DNA of 64,000 nucleotides from Escherichia coli (GTDB lineage: Bacteria > Pseudomonadota > Gammaproteobacteria > Enterobacterales > Enterobacteriaceae): the NCBI RefSeq assembly GCF_003018255.1, contig NZ_CP027440.1. One strand, 5' to 3'. Below are positions 27,478-38,288 of this stretch, in pieces. The position numbers were made by a program, and so were the translations under genes. Each line of letters starts with the position of its first letter. The stretch's first letter is position 1. Below the pieces are notes generated by a model. It saw nothing but the letters and a program-made list of their open reading frames with translations, was not told the DNA's origin and did no database searches.

Positions 27478-28659
27478 ATGACTAACAGCAATCGCATCAA
27501 GCTCACATGGATTAGCTTTCTCTCCTACGCACTGACTGGTGCGTTGGTTATTGTCACCGGGATGGTGATGGGAAATATCGCCGATTATTTCAATCTGCCT
27601 GTTTCCAGTATGAGTAACACCTTCACCTTCCTCAACGCCGGCATTTTAATCTCTATCTTCCTCAACGCCTGGCTGATGGAAATCGTCCCGTTGAAAACGC
27701 AGTTACGTTTTGGCTTTCTCCTGATGGTGCTGGCGGTTGCCGGTTTGATGTTCAGCCACAGCCTGGCGCTGTTCTCGGCGGCGATGTTCATTCTCGGAGT
27801 GGTCAGCGGCATCACCATGTCGATTGGTACATTCCTGATAACACAAATGTATGAAGGGCGTCAGCGCGGTTCCCGCCTGTTATTTACCGACTCCTTCTTC
27901 AGTATGGCCGGGATGATTTTCCCAATGATCGCCGCGTTTCTACTGGCGCGCAGCATTGAGTGGTACTGGGTTTATGCCTGCATCGGGTTGGTGTATGTCG
28001 CTATTTTTATTCTGACCTTCGGCTGTGAGTTCCCGGCGCTGGGCAAACATGCGCCAAAAACGGATGCTCCGGTAGAGAAAGAAAAGTGGGGGATCGGCGT
28101 GCTGTTTCTCTCCATTGCGGCACTGTGCTACATCCTCGGTCAGTTAGGTTTTATCTCCTGGGTGCCGGAGTATGCCAAAGGCCTGGGCATGAGCCTGAAC
28201 GACGCGGGCACGCTGGTGAGTAACTTCTGGATGTCATATATGGTCGGCATGTGGGCGTTCAGCTTTATTCTTCGCTTCTTTGATTTGCAACGTATTCTGA
28301 CCGTACTGGCTGGTCTGGCTGCGATTCTGATGTACGTCTTTAACACCGGAACACCAGCACATATGGCGTGGTCAATTCTCGCTCTGGGCTTCTTCTCCAG
28401 CGCGATCTATACCACCATCATCACCCTGGGTTCACAGCAAACCAAAGTACCGTCGCCAAAACTGGTTAACTTTGTCCTGACCTGCGGGACCATCGGTACT
28501 ATGTTGACCTTTGTGGTTACCGGCCCGATTGTTGAACATAGCGGTCCGCAGGCGGCACTGCTTACAGCAAACGGTCTGTACGCTGTCGTCTTTGTGATGT
28601 GCTTCCTGTTAGGTTTCGTCAGCCGTCACCGTCAGCATAACACCCTGACCTCTCATTAA
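27478..28659 (+). CDS. tsgA: MFS-type transporter TsgA
   Basis: 393-aa, about 12 predicted TM segments. Confidence 0.9.
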   Translation: MTNSNRIKLTWISFLSYALTGALVIVTGMVMGNIADYFNLPVSSMSNTFTFLNAGILISIFLNAWLMEIVPLKTQLRFGFLLMVLAVAGLMFSHSLALFSAAMFILGVVSGITMSIGTFLITQMYEGRQRGSRLLFTDSFFSMAGMIFPMIAAFLLARSIEWYWVYACIGLVYVAIFILTFGCEFPALGKHAPKTDAPVEKEKWGIGVLFLSIAALCYILGQLGFISWVPEYAKGLGMSLNDAGTLVSNFWMSYMVGMWAFSFILRFFDLQRILTVLAGLAAILMYVFNTGTPAHMAWSILALGFFSSAIYTTIITLGSQQTKVPSPKLVNFVLTCGTIGTMLTFVVTGPIVEHSGPQAALLTANGLYAVVFVMCFLLGFVSRHRQHNTLTSH

Positions 28660-28819
28660 TTGCTCATGCCGGGCGGCGCTATCGTCGTCCGGCCTTTTCC
28701 TCTCTTACCCTGCTACGTGCATCTATTTCTATAAACCCGTTCAATTTGTCTGTTTTTTGCACAAACATGAAATGTCAGACAATTCCGTGACTTAAGAAAA
28801 TTTATACAAATCAGCAATA

Positions 28820-28835
28820 TACCCCTTAAGGAGTA
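28820..28835 (+). promoter_or_regulatory. NarL/NarP 7-2-7 heptamer pair at nirB promoter
   Basis: tacccct-ta-aggagta inverted heptamers centred 28 bp upstream of the FNR box. Confidence 0.5.
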
Positions 28836-28848
28836 TATAAAGGTGAAT

Positions 28849-28862
28849 TTGATTTACATCAA
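28849..28862 (+). promoter_or_regulatory. FNR box of nirB promoter
   Basis: ttgat-ttac-atcaa is a perfect FNR consensus, about 59-72 bp upstream of nirB ATG. Confidence 0.7.
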
Positions 28863-28920
28863 TAAGCGGGGTTGCTGAATCGTTAAGGTAGGCGGTAATA
28901 GAAAAGAAATCGAGGCAAAA

Positions 28921-31464
28921 ATGAGCAAAGTCAGACTCGCAATTATCGGTAACGGTATGGTCGGCCATCGCTTTATCGAAGATCTTCTTGATAAATCTGA
29001 TGCGGCCAACTTTGATATTACCGTTTTCTGTGAAGAACCGCGCATCGCTTATGACCGCGTACACCTCTCGTCTTACTTCTCTCACCACACCGCCGAAGAG
29101 CTGTCGCTGGTGCGCGAAGGCTTCTACGAGAAACACGGCATCAAAGTTCTGGTCGGCGAACGCGCTATCACCATCAACCGTCAGGAGAAGGTGATTCACT
29201 CCAGCGCCGGGCGCACCGTTTTTTATGACAAGCTGATCATGGCGACCGGTTCCTACCCGTGGATCCCGCCAATCAAAGGTTCTGATACTCAGGACTGCTT
29301 TGTCTATCGCACCATTGAAGACCTCAACGCCATTGAATCCTGCGCCCGTCGCAGCAAACGCGGTGCCGTTGTTGGTGGCGGCCTGTTAGGTCTGGAAGCC
29401 GCTGGCGCGCTGAAAAACTTAGGTATTGAAACCCACGTTATCGAATTTGCCCCTATGCTGATGGCGGAACAGCTTGATCAGATGGGTGGCGAGCAGCTGC
29501 GTCGCAAAATCGAAAGTATGGGCGTGCGCGTTCACACCAGCAAAAACACCCTTGAGATTGTGCAGGAAGGTGTCGAAGCGCGTAAAACCATGCGTTTTGC
29601 CGACGGCAGCGAACTGGAAGTCGACTTTATCGTCTTCTCTACCGGTATCCGTCCGCGCGATAAGCTGGCAACCCAGTGTGGTCTGGACGTTGCTCCGCGT
29701 GGGGGTATCGTCATAAATGATTCCTGCCAGACTTCCGATCCGGATATCTACGCCATCGGTGAATGCGCAAGCTGGAACAACCGTGTATTTGGTCTGGTAG
29801 CACCAGGCTACAAAATGGCGCAGGTCGCCGTTGACCATATTCTTGGTAGCGAAAACGCCTTTGAAGGTGCAGACCTTAGCGCCAAGCTGAAACTGCTGGG
29901 CGTAGACGTAGGCGGTATTGGTGATGCGCACGGTCGCACGCCTGGCGCACGTAGCTACGTTTACCTCGACGAAAGCAAAGAGATCTACAAACGCCTGATT
30001 GTCAGCGAAGACAACAAAACCCTGCTCGGTGCGGTACTGGTGGGCGATACCAGCGACTACGGCAACCTGCTGCAACTGGTGCTGAACGCTATCGAACTGC
30101 CGGAAAACCCGGATTCTCTGATTCTGCCGGCGCACTCAGGTAGCGGTAAGCCGTCTATCGGTGTTGATAAACTGCCGGACAGCGCGCAAATCTGCTCCTG
30201 CTTCGACGTCACCAAAGGCGATCTGATTGCAGCTATCAACAAAGGCTGCCACACCGTTGCGGCGCTGAAAGCTGAAACCAAAGCGGGTACTGGCTGCGGT
30301 GGCTGTATCCCGCTGGTCACTCAGGTACTGAACGCGGAACTGGCGAAACAGGGCATCGAAGTTAACAACAACCTGTGCGAACACTTTGCTTATTCGCGTC
30401 AGGAACTGTTCCATTTGATCCGCGTTGAAGGCATTAAAACCTTCGAAGAACTGCTGGCGAAACACGGCAAAGGCTACGGTTGTGAAGTTTGTAAACCGAC
30501 CGTCGGTTCGCTGCTGGCCTCCTGCTGGAACGAATACATTCTGAAGCCGGAACATACTCCGCTGCAGGATTCAAACGACAACTTCCTCGCTAACATCCAG
30601 AAAGACGGCACCTACTCGGTGATCCCGCGTTCTCCGGGCGGTGAAATCACCCCGGAAGGGCTGATGGCAGTAGGTCGTATCGCGCGTGAATTTAATCTCT
30701 ACACCAAAATCACCGGCTCTCAGCGCCTGGCGATGTTTGGCGCACAGAAAGACGATCTGCCGGAAATCTGGCGTCAGCTGATTGAAGCCGGCTTCGAAAC
30801 CGGTCATGCCTATGCGAAAGCACTGCGTATGGCGAAAACCTGCGTGGGTAGCACCTGGTGCCGCTACGGCGTTGGCGACAGCGTCGGCCTCGGCGTGGAA
30901 CTGGAAAACCGCTACAAAGGCATCCGTACGCCGCACAAAATGAAGTTCGGTGTCTCTGGCTGTACCCGTGAATGTTCAGAAGCTCAGGGTAAAGACGTGG
31001 GTATCATCGCCACCGAAAAAGGCTGGAACCTGTATGTTTGCGGTAACGGCGGCATGAAACCGCGTCATGCGAATCTGTTGGCAGCGGATATCGATCGCGA
31101 AACGCTGATCAAATATCTCGACCGCTTCATGATGTTCTACATCCGTACCGCCGACAAACTGACGCGTACCGCGCCGTGGTTAGAAAACCTCGAAGGTGGC
31201 ATCGATTACCTGAAAGCGGTGATCATTGACGACAAACTGGGGCTGAACGCACATCTGGAAGAAGAGATGGCGCGCCTGCGTGAAGCGGTAGTGTGTGAGT
31301 GGACTGAAACGGTCAATACCCCGTCTGCGCAGACTCGCTTCAAACACTTCATCAACAGCGATAAGCGTGACCCGAACGTGCAGATGGTGCCAGAGCGCGA
31401 ACAGCACCGTCCGGCAACGCCGTATGAACGTATCCCGGTAACTCTGGTGGAGGACAACGCATGA
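28921..31464 (+). CDS. nirB: NADH-dependent nitrite reductase large subunit
   Basis: 847-aa with N-terminal FAD/NAD Rossmann (RLAIIGNGMVGHRF), BFD-like [2Fe-2S] and siroheme/4Fe-4S domains. Confidence 0.98.
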   Translation: MSKVRLAIIGNGMVGHRFIEDLLDKSDAANFDITVFCEEPRIAYDRVHLSSYFSHHTAEELSLVREGFYEKHGIKVLVGERAITINRQEKVIHSSAGRTVFYDKLIMATGSYPWIPPIKGSDTQDCFVYRTIEDLNAIESCARRSKRGAVVGGGLLGLEAAGALKNLGIETHVIEFAPMLMAEQLDQMGGEQLRRKIESMGVRVHTSKNTLEIVQEGVEARKTMRFADGSELEVDFIVFSTGIRPRDKLATQCGLDVAPRGGIVINDSCQTSDPDIYAIGECASWNNRVFGLVAPGYKMAQVAVDHILGSENAFEGADLSAKLKLLGVDVGGIGDAHGRTPGARSYVYLDESKEIYKRLIVSEDNKTLLGAVLVGDTSDYGNLLQLVLNAIELPENPDSLILPAHSGSGKPSIGVDKLPDSAQICSCFDVTKGDLIAAINKGCHTVAALKAETKAGTGCGGCIPLVTQVLNAELAKQGIEVNNNLCEHFAYSRQELFHLIRVEGIKTFEELLAKHGKGYGCEVCKPTVGSLLASCWNEYILKPEHTPLQDSNDNFLANIQKDGTYSVIPRSPGGEITPEGLMAVGRIAREFNLYTKITGSQRLAMFGAQKDDLPEIWRQLIEAGFETGHAYAKALRMAKTCVGSTWCRYGVGDSVGLGVELENRYKGIRTPHKMKFGVSGCTRECSEAQGKDVGIIATEKGWNLYVCGNGGMKPRHANLLAADIDRETLIKYLDRFMMFYIRTADKLTRTAPWLENLEGGIDYLKAVIIDDKLGLNAHLEEEMARLREAVVCEWTETVNTPSAQTRFKHFINSDKRDPNVQMVPEREQHRPATPYERIPVTLVEDNA

Positions 31465-31787
31465 GCCAGTGGAAAGACATCTGCAAAATCGATGACATCC
31501 TGCCTGAAACCGGCGTCTGCGCGCTGTTAGGTGACGAACAAGTAGCAATTTTCCGCCCGTATCACAGCGATCAGGTGTTTGCGATCAGCAACATCGATCC
31601 GTTCTTCGAGTCCAGCGTGCTGTCACGCGGGCTGATTGCGGAACACCAGGGCGAGCTGTGGGTCGCCAGCCCGCTGAAAAAACAGCGTTTTCGCTTAAGT
31701 GATGGCTTGTGCATGGAAGACGAACAGTTTTCCGTCAAACATTACGAAGCACGAGTGAAAGACGGCGTGGTGCAGCTGCGCGGTTAA
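31461..31787 (+). CDS. nirD: Nitrite reductase small subunit
   Basis: 108-aa Rieske-like; ATGA overlap with nirB stop. Confidence 0.95.
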   Translation: MSQWKDICKIDDILPETGVCALLGDEQVAIFRPYHSDQVFAISNIDPFFESSVLSRGLIAEHQGELWVASPLKKQRFRLSDGLCMEDEQFSVKHYEARVKDGVVQLRG

Positions 31788-31797
31788 TGTTTTAACG

Positions 31798-31822
31798 GGA
31801 GGCGCAATGCCTCCCCTTTTTG
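31798..31822 (+). terminator. Intrinsic terminator/attenuator after nirD
   Basis: gggaggc-gcaat-gcctccc followed by ttttt. Confidence 0.6.
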
Positions 31823-31913
31823 CATGGTCCTGTAATGACCTTCGGTATATTGCAGGACATTTTTTAAACTTTTTGTTTTATTTTTTTGTTTTTATTTTTT
31901 AAAGGATAATCAA

Positions 31914-32720
31914 ATGTTTACAGACACTATTAATAAGTGTGCGGCTAACGCTGCGCGCATTGCACGCCTGTCGGCAAATAACCCGCTCGGCTTTTGGGTC
32001 AGCTCCGCCATGGCGGGCGCGTATGTGGGTCTTGGGATCATCCTGATTTTCACGCTCGGTAATTTGCTCGACCCGTCCGTACGTCCTCTGGTGATGGGCG
32101 CGACCTTTGGTATCGCCTTAACGCTGGTCATTATTGCTGGTTCTGAACTGTTCACCGGACACACCATGTTCCTCACCTTTGGAGTGAAAGCGGGCACTAT
32201 CAGCCACGGGCAAATGTGGGCAATCCTGCCGCAAACCTGGCTGGGTAACCTGGTTGGTTCCGTCTTTGTTGCCATGCTCTATAGCTGGGGCGGCGGTAGC
32301 CTGCTGCCGGTAGATACCAGCATCGTTCACTCCGTCGCGCTGGCTAAAACCACTGCACCGGCAATGGTACTGTTCTTCAAAGGTGCATTGTGTAACTGGC
32401 TGGTTTGCCTGGCTATCTGGATGGCGCTGCGCACTGAAGGGGCGGCGAAATTTATCGCTATCTGGTGGTGTCTGCTGGCATTTATCGCGTCCGGCTACGA
32501 GCACTCCATCGCTAACATGACGCTGTTCGCCCTCTCCTGGTTTGGCAACCACAGCGAAGCCTACACGCTGGCGGGTATTGGTCATAACCTGCTGTGGGTG
32601 ACGCTGGGTAATACTTTATCAGGTGCCGTATTCATGGGATTGGGTTATTGGTATGCTACGCCGAAAGCGAATCGTCCGGTTGCGGACAAATTTAATCAAA
32701 CTGAAACAGCTGCCGGTTAA
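31914..32720 (+). CDS. nirC: Nitrite transporter (formate/nitrite transporter family)
   Basis: 268-aa polytopic membrane protein; FNT-family fold by memory. Confidence 0.95.
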   Translation: MFTDTINKCAANAARIARLSANNPLGFWVSSAMAGAYVGLGIILIFTLGNLLDPSVRPLVMGATFGIALTLVIIAGSELFTGHTMFLTFGVKAGTISHGQMWAILPQTWLGNLVGSVFVAMLYSWGGGSLLPVDTSIVHSVALAKTTAPAMVLFFKGALCNWLVCLAIWMALRTEGAAKFIAIWWCLLAFIASGYEHSIANMTLFALSWFGNHSEAYTLAGIGHNLLWVTLGNTLSGAVFMGLGYWYATPKANRPVADKFNQTETAAG

Positions 32721-32738
32721 TTACTAAGGGGTTTTTAC

Positions 32739-34112
32739 GTGGATCATTTGCCTATATTTTGCCAATTACGCGATCGCGACTGTCTGATTGTCGGCGGTGG
32801 TGATGTCGCGGAACGCAAAGCAAGGTTACTGTTAGACGCAGGCGCTCGCTTAACGGTGAATGCATTAGCGTTTATTCCACAGTTCACCGCATGGGCAGAT
32901 GCAGGCATGTTAACCCTCGTCGAAGGGCCATTTGATGAAAGCCTTCTCGACACCTGCTGGCTGGCGATTGCTGCGACGGATGATGACGCGCTTAACCAGC
33001 GCGTCAGTGAAGCCGCTGAAGCTCGTCGCATCTTCTGTAACGTGGTCGATGCGCCGAAAGCCGCCAGCTTTATTATGCCGTCAATTATTGACCGCTCACC
33101 GCTAATGGTCGCGGTCTCCTCTGGCGGCACCTCTCCGGTTCTGGCGCGCCTGTTGCGCGAAAAACTCGAATCACTGCTGCCGCTGCATCTGGGCCAGGTA
33201 GCGAAATACGCCGGGCAATTACGCGGGCGAGTGAAACAACAGTTCGCCACGATGGGTGAGCGTCGCCGTTTCTGGGAGAAATTGTTCGTTAACGACCGCC
33301 TGGCGCAGTCGCTGGCAAACAACGATCAGAAAGCCATTACTGAAACCACCGAACAGTTAATCAACGAACCGCTCGACCATCGCGGTGAAGTGGTGCTGGT
33401 TGGTGCAGGTCCGGGCGATGCCGGGCTGCTGACACTGAAAGGTCTGCAACAAATTCAGCAGGCAGATGTGGTGGTCTACGACCGTCTGGTTTCTGACGAT
33501 ATTATGAATCTGGTACGCCGCGATGCTGATCGCGTTTTCGTCGGCAAACGCGCGGGATACCACTGCGTACCGCAGGAAGAGATAAACCAGATCCTGCTAC
33601 GGGAAGCGCAAAAAGGCAAACGCGTGGTGCGGCTGAAAGGCGGCGATCCGTTTATTTTTGGCCGTGGTGGCGAAGAGCTGGAAACACTGTGCAACGCGGG
33701 TATTCCGTTCTCGGTGGTTCCGGGTATTACCGCAGCTTCTGGTTGCTCTGCCTATTCGGGTATTCCGCTCACGCATCGCGATTATGCCCAGAGCGTACGC
33801 TTAATTACCGGACACTTAAAAACCGGTGGCGAACTGGACTGGGAAAACCTGGCGGCAGAAAAACAGACGCTGGTGTTCTATATGGGGTTGAATCAGGCCG
33901 CGACTATTCAGCAAAAGCTGATTGAACACGGTATGCCTGGCGAAATGCCGGTGGCAATTGTCGAAAACGGAACGGCAGTCACGCAGCGCGTGATTGACGG
34001 TACACTCTCGCAGCTGGGCGAACTGGCGCAGCAAATGAACAGTCCATCGCTAATTATTATTGGTCGGGTTGTTGGCCTGCGCGATAAATTGAACTGGTTC
34101 TCCAACCATTAA
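32739..34112 (+). CDS. cysG: Siroheme synthase (multifunctional)
   Basis: 457-aa: N-terminal dehydrogenase/ferrochelatase part and C-terminal SAM methyltransferase part ([18 protein letters not shown]). Confidence 0.97.
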   Translation: MDHLPIFCQLRDRDCLIVGGGDVAERKARLLLDAGARLTVNALAFIPQFTAWADAGMLTLVEGPFDESLLDTCWLAIAATDDDALNQRVSEAAEARRIFCNVVDAPKAASFIMPSIIDRSPLMVAVSSGGTSPVLARLLREKLESLLPLHLGQVAKYAGQLRGRVKQQFATMGERRRFWEKLFVNDRLAQSLANNDQKAITETTEQLINEPLDHRGEVVLVGAGPGDAGLLTLKGLQQIQQADVVVYDRLVSDDIMNLVRRDADRVFVGKRAGYHCVPQEEINQILLREAQKGKRVVRLKGGDPFIFGRGGEELETLCNAGIPFSVVPGITAASGCSAYSGIPLTHRDYAQSVRLITGHLKTGGELDWENLAAEKQTLVFYMGLNQAATIQQKLIEHGMPGEMPVAIVENGTAVTQRVIDGTLSQLGELAQQMNSPSLIIIGRVVGLRDKLNWFSNH

Positions 34113-34120
34113 TTTAACCC

Positions 34121-34146
34121 GGGCCAGAGAATTCTGGCCTTCTTAA
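34121..34146 (+). terminator. Hairpin after cysG
   Basis: ggccag-agaatt-ctggcc followed by ttcttaat. Confidence 0.45.
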
Positions 34147-34358
34147 TGACTCTTTTTATATATTCAGCAAATAAAACATAACCCCTTAATAAATATTATC
34201 TGCTAATGGGTTATATTCACCGTTACAGCGACTTACAAAATTAAGCCATTCACTCACTGACGCTAATTAAATATTCCTGTATCGTTCTTAATGAGCAGTC
34301 CGCTTATATTCATATAAACAATAAATATTAACCAATATATAATACATAGGGAATGTAA

Positions 34359-34526
34359 ATGAACAAATTTATTGAAGTTACACTGGTAGGTGCGGTACTG
34401 GCTACGTTAACTGCATGTACTGGTCATATTGAAAACCGTGATAAAAACTGCTCTTACGACTACCTGCTGCACCCGGCAATTTCTATTTCTAAAATCATTG
34501 GCGGTTGCGGTCCTACTGCACAGTAA
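34359..34526 (+). CDS. yhfL: Small lipoprotein YhfL
   Basis: Absent from the ORF track (55 aa): MNKFIEVTLVGAVLATLTACTGHIENRDKNCSYDYLLHPAISISKIIGGCGPTAQ with lipobox LTAC. Confidence 0.75.
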   Translation: MNKFIEVTLVGAVLATLTACTGHIENRDKNCSYDYLLHPAISISKIIGGCGPTAQ

Positions 34527-34566
34527 GTCTCTGACTGAAAGCGGCTAACACCGGTTTAATTGCCTG

Positions 34567-34600
34567 ACGCCCTCGGGGTTACCCGAGGGCGTATTTATTT
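34567..34600 (+). terminator. Intrinsic terminator after yhfL
   Basis: gccctcggg-gtta-cccgagggc followed by gtatttatttctg. Confidence 0.6.
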
Positions 34601-34632
34601 CTGCATTCTTTTCGAAAACATCATGCACAAGA

Positions 34633-35718
34633 TTAAATACTGGCAATACTCTCACGCAAAATCCGCAGCACCGTCTCTTCACCGCTGCGATTTGGGTTAA
34701 TACGAATCGCGTAATGTTCGAGTTGCGGATTCGCCTGGCGAAACGTTCCGGAAAGTCGATAAAAAAGTGGCGGAATTTCATATTTCGACTCTGCACCAAC
34801 CGGGTAAGGCAAGGCACCGCGCTTTTGCGCCTCTTCCAGCACTCTGGCGGCAATCGGCTGATGAAACTCGACAATCAACACTTTCGACTGCGCATTGGCA
34901 ATCACCGCGCTTTTCACTTCCGCCACTGCGCCACCGTTAAGTAAAGCCAGCAACCGTTCAGATACCCCCGCCTGCACCGCGTGCATCACTGGCGCAAACA
35001 CCAGCCCACGCAAGACTTCCAACGCCTGAGCGCCCTGAATCTGGCTGCCGCCGGAGTAGAGCGTGGCGCGAATACGGTTAATAACATCAGCATCGCCTAC
35101 CACCGCGCCAACACCCTCTGGCCCAAATAGCTTGAAGCAGGAAAATGTCGAGACATTCGCCCCGCATTCACAGCCGATTCGCGCTACCTTCATCACCGCA
35201 TAGTTGTCATCGGTTAACGCTGGAACACCTGCCGCGCGCAACGTTGCTAGCACGTCTGCCAGCACATAGCGGTCCTGCGGCTGCTGGCGCGTATGCTGCA
35301 CCAGCGCCGCATCCGGTTGTTGCGCTTCAATGATTTGTTTAAGCGCCGACAGATCATTGAAATCAGCCGTAATGAGCGTTAGCCCCATCTGCTCAATAAT
35401 AACCCGTGTCGTCGGGTAAACAGGCGCGTCATGCACCAGAAGACGCTGCCCCGGTATGAGCAAAGCTGCCAGCGCCGCACGGATCGCGCCAGTACCCGCG
35501 CCCTGTACCAGCGCCGCGGCCTGTGAGTGAAACGCGTCAGCCAGCACCTGTTCCACACGCTGGGTAATGCGCGGTTGATTCAGTCCCGGCGTTAATCCCA
35601 AATCACCGCAGGTAAGAAATTCGCTACCAGGAAAATGGCGGCAAATCGTGTCCACCAGCGCAAACTGCTTTTGCTGCGCCTCAATAATCGTCAGGCTTTG
35701 CAGAGGAAACGTCTTCAT
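34633..35718 (-). CDS. yhfS: Uncharacterised putative PLP-dependent enzyme YhfS
   Basis: 361-aa soluble protein; last gene of the yhfZ-to-yhfS minus-strand cluster; fold assignment from memory, not sequence-proven. Confidence 0.85.
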   Translation of the reverse strand: MKTFPLQSLTIIEAQQKQFALVDTICRHFPGSEFLTCGDLGLTPGLNQPRITQRVEQVLADAFHSQAAALVQGAGTGAIRAALAALLIPGQRLLVHDAPVYPTTRVIIEQMGLTLITADFNDLSALKQIIEAQQPDAALVQHTRQQPQDRYVLADVLATLRAAGVPALTDDNYAVMKVARIGCECGANVSTFSCFKLFGPEGVGAVVGDADVINRIRATLYSGGSQIQGAQALEVLRGLVFAPVMHAVQAGVSERLLALLNGGAVAEVKSAVIANAQSKVLIVEFHQPIAARVLEEAQKRGALPYPVGAESKYEIPPLFYRLSGTFRQANPQLEHYAIRINPNRSGEETVLRILRESIASI

Positions 35719-35729
35719 AGGTGCCTTCC

Positions 35730-37034
35730 TTAAGCCGGAACGAACAGGCCAAGCCAGTAAAGAACATTCAGCAGAATACCGGTGATCATTACTGCCACGA
35801 CCGGTGCCGCCATTTTCTGTACCGGACGGCCCAGGGATTCGTTGAGGAAGTAAATGGCAACTGCGATAGAAAATCCGGTATAACCCGCCATTTTAATTGC
35901 TGCGAAAATCGAACCGACCAGCAACGCCACTTCCATCAGCATATTCATGGCGTTACGGATGTTATCCGACGCATTACGCACCGACGGGTAGCGCCCCAGC
36001 CATTTGCCGATCGAACGAAGCAGCAGGACTTCCGCCGAAATAACCACTGCGCCTAATACCGCTGCAACCATCGGATTCGGCGAGAGATAGCCCACCGCAT
36101 AAACAAAGGTAAAGCCCGCAACTGCATACACACCCGTTGCTAACGCGGTGGTGGCAATCAACGGCACAAACCCCAGTCCGCGCATGAATTCTGCCAGAGC
36201 CGCCTGATTAATCAGCGTTTGCGATTGTTCCGGCGTTACGCCTGCGGAATATGCTTTCTCCAGTGTGAAGATCGAAACTTCGCTACCAGCAAAAATCTTC
36301 ATGCTGGCAACGGCGGCAATCAGCGCCCCGACAATAGCGATATACGGTAAGTTTTTGATAATCCGTGACGTGCGTTCTTCAAACACCGACATACCGCTGG
36401 CATCGATATCATTTTCATCACGATGACGCAGGTCATGAGTTATTGCGATCCCCAGCAGCATCACCATGCCAATAAAGATTTCGATGGATTCAGGGTTAAG
36501 ATGTGGGAAATAGCGCACGACGACCACACGGGTCATCAGTACCACCACGGCGGCGATCAGACTTTGCTTCCAGCCAAACTGGTAGAAAATCGCCACCAAC
36601 GGGAACAGTGCAAAAGCTGAAACCACCGGCGAGCTTAATTCCCCCAGGCTACCTAATACATCCACCGGTAGCGCGGTCAGCAGCTGGTTTACCGGTAACA
36701 GGCAAGTAAGGATCAACACGCCCCAGATAGCGCCAAGACCAAACGCCATCAGGCTGTTTATCGCCAGTACGCCGAGGATATCGGTAGGAAGAAAGAGTAA
36801 CCATGCGTTGAGCAGTCCGGTTTTCAGGGTAAAAGAGATCCCCACCGAAGCCACAAAACCAATGCTCAGACCAAAAGCGATACTCCCCGCCTCGCGACGG
36901 TTCATATAGCCTTCAATCAGTTGCGGCAGGATCGGGCGGATACCGTCATGAAAAACGGCCGCCGAGCGATGCGCCAGAAGCGATGTCATACCCGTCAGGC
37001 ACGCCACCACGATAATCTGAATATACAGATCCAT
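35730..37034 (-). CDS. yhfT: Uncharacterised polytopic inner-membrane protein (putative transporter) YhfT
   Basis: 434-aa, highly hydrophobic with multiple predicted TM helices. Confidence 0.85.
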   Translation of the reverse strand: MDLYIQIIVVACLTGMTSLLAHRSAAVFHDGIRPILPQLIEGYMNRREAGSIAFGLSIGFVASVGISFTLKTGLLNAWLLFLPTDILGVLAINSLMAFGLGAIWGVLILTCLLPVNQLLTALPVDVLGSLGELSSPVVSAFALFPLVAIFYQFGWKQSLIAAVVVLMTRVVVVRYFPHLNPESIEIFIGMVMLLGIAITHDLRHRDENDIDASGMSVFEERTSRIIKNLPYIAIVGALIAAVASMKIFAGSEVSIFTLEKAYSAGVTPEQSQTLINQAALAEFMRGLGFVPLIATTALATGVYAVAGFTFVYAVGYLSPNPMVAAVLGAVVISAEVLLLRSIGKWLGRYPSVRNASDNIRNAMNMLMEVALLVGSIFAAIKMAGYTGFSIAVAIYFLNESLGRPVQKMAAPVVAVMITGILLNVLYWLGLFVPA

Positions 37035-37045
37035 AGTCGTGCCTT

Positions 37046-37399
37046 TTATTTCAGATGGTTAATCAGCATCGGAATCGCGTGTTCGACGTGCTCAACGGAA
37101 AGCCCAAACGCCACTTTCCCTTCGGCGATCATTTTGGCGATATGTTCGTCTTTCGCTTTAATGCCTGGTTTGGCAATGGTGCAACTTTTGTTATAGCCAA
37201 TCACCGCGATGGCAATCGACAATGCCGCGCCCGCACCGGTATTACACGCGCCGATGTAGTAATCCAGTTGCCCGGATTTGACTTTCATTGCCGCTTCCAT
37301 GTCGTTGTGAATGAAAACTTCAAAACAGCCAGGAGCCGTCGCTTCAATGGTTTTTTTAATCTGCTCACGCTGTAAGCCTGCAACACCAATCTTTTTCAT
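37046..37399 (-). CDS. yhfU: Uncharacterised protein YhfU
   Basis: ATG at 37397-37399 (MKKIGVAGLQREQIKK..., 117 aa) with AGGA SD; the longer 130-aa ORF would overlap php by 29 nt. Confidence 0.8.
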   Translation of the reverse strand: MKKIGVAGLQREQIKKTIEATAPGCFEVFIHNDMEAAMKVKSGQLDYYIGACNTGAGAALSIAIAVIGYNKSCTIAKPGIKAKDEHIAKMIAEGKVAFGLSVEHVEHAIPMLINHLK

Positions 37400-37409
37400 G
37401 AGTCTGTCC

Positions 37410-38288
37410 TTATTGGAAAAATTGAGAGGGAGTTTCACGTAACATCACATCCACATCGGCCTGACTGAATCCTGACTGGCGCAATTGCGGAATAAAGGTG
37501 GTCAATAAATAGTCATAGCCATAACCACCGTTGGCTTTTAAATGGGAGCGGCGCGTAATATCCATCGACAGCATGACGCGGTTAAGCAAACCTCGGTCAC
37601 GTAGCGCGTGGAGCATCGCAATGCGCTTTTCGTCCGGGTAGTAACTGTTCTTACCGATGGTGTCGAACTGCACATACGCGCCGAGATCGATCATCTTCAC
37701 AATGTTGTCGAGGTTGTCTTTCAGATCGCAGTGACCAACGGTGACGCGCGAAAGATCAACTCCGTGGGCTTGCAGTAGCGCCAGTTGTTCCAGCCCCATG
37801 GTGCTAAAAGAGGTATGCGTGGAGATCGGGCGTCCGGTCTGGTTATGCGCCAGCGCGGCGGCAATAAATACCTTCTCTTCCAGCGGCGTGATTTTTCCTT
37901 CGCTGGAGCCTATCTCCGCGATGATCCCGGCTTTCAGCTCCGTGCCATCGATACCCTGTTCAATTTCATCGACCATCTCTTGCGCCAGTTCCTGCACGCT
38001 GCGGGTCGCCACATGTTCCGGGAAAAACGCGTCCTGGTAATAACCGGTACAGGCCACCACGTTGATCCCGGTTTCGCGCATTACATCGAGCATAAATTGC
38101 GCATTGCGCCCCATGTAACGGTTGGTCATCTCAATCACATTACGCACGCCCTGGGCCATCAGGTCGTTCATCTCCTGGCAAATGAACGCATACTGATCAA
38201 GGCGGCAGTCCACGTTGTTTTTAAAGCCGGAGAGATCAATATGCAGATGCTCATGGGCGAGGGTGTAGCCCGTCGGATCAAAACTCAT
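37410..38288 (-). CDS. php: Phosphotriesterase homology protein (amidohydrolase superfamily)
   Basis: 292-aa [23 protein letters not shown]... with HxH metal motif. Confidence 0.9.
   Translation of the reverse strand: MSFDPTGYTLAHEHLHIDLSGFKNNVDCRLDQYAFICQEMNDLMAQGVRNVIEMTNRYMGRNAQFMLDVMRETGINVVACTGYYQDAFFPEHVATRSVQELAQEMVDEIEQGIDGTELKAGIIAEIGSSEGKITPLEEKVFIAAALAHNQTGRPISTHTSFSTMGLEQLALLQAHGVDLSRVTVGHCDLKDNLDNIVKMIDLGAYVQFDTIGKNSYYPDEKRIAMLHALRDRGLLNRVMLSMDITRRSHLKANGGYGYDYLLTTFIPQLRQSGFSQADVDVMLRETPSQFFQ

Noticed and set aside
31860-31905. T-rich tract (ttttgttttatttttttgtttttatttttt) upstream of nirC, considered as a possible repeat or sRNA terminator
   Set aside because: Simple homopolymeric T-rich spacer following the nirD terminator and preceding the nirC SD; no hairpin or ORF; most likely a U-rich leader.
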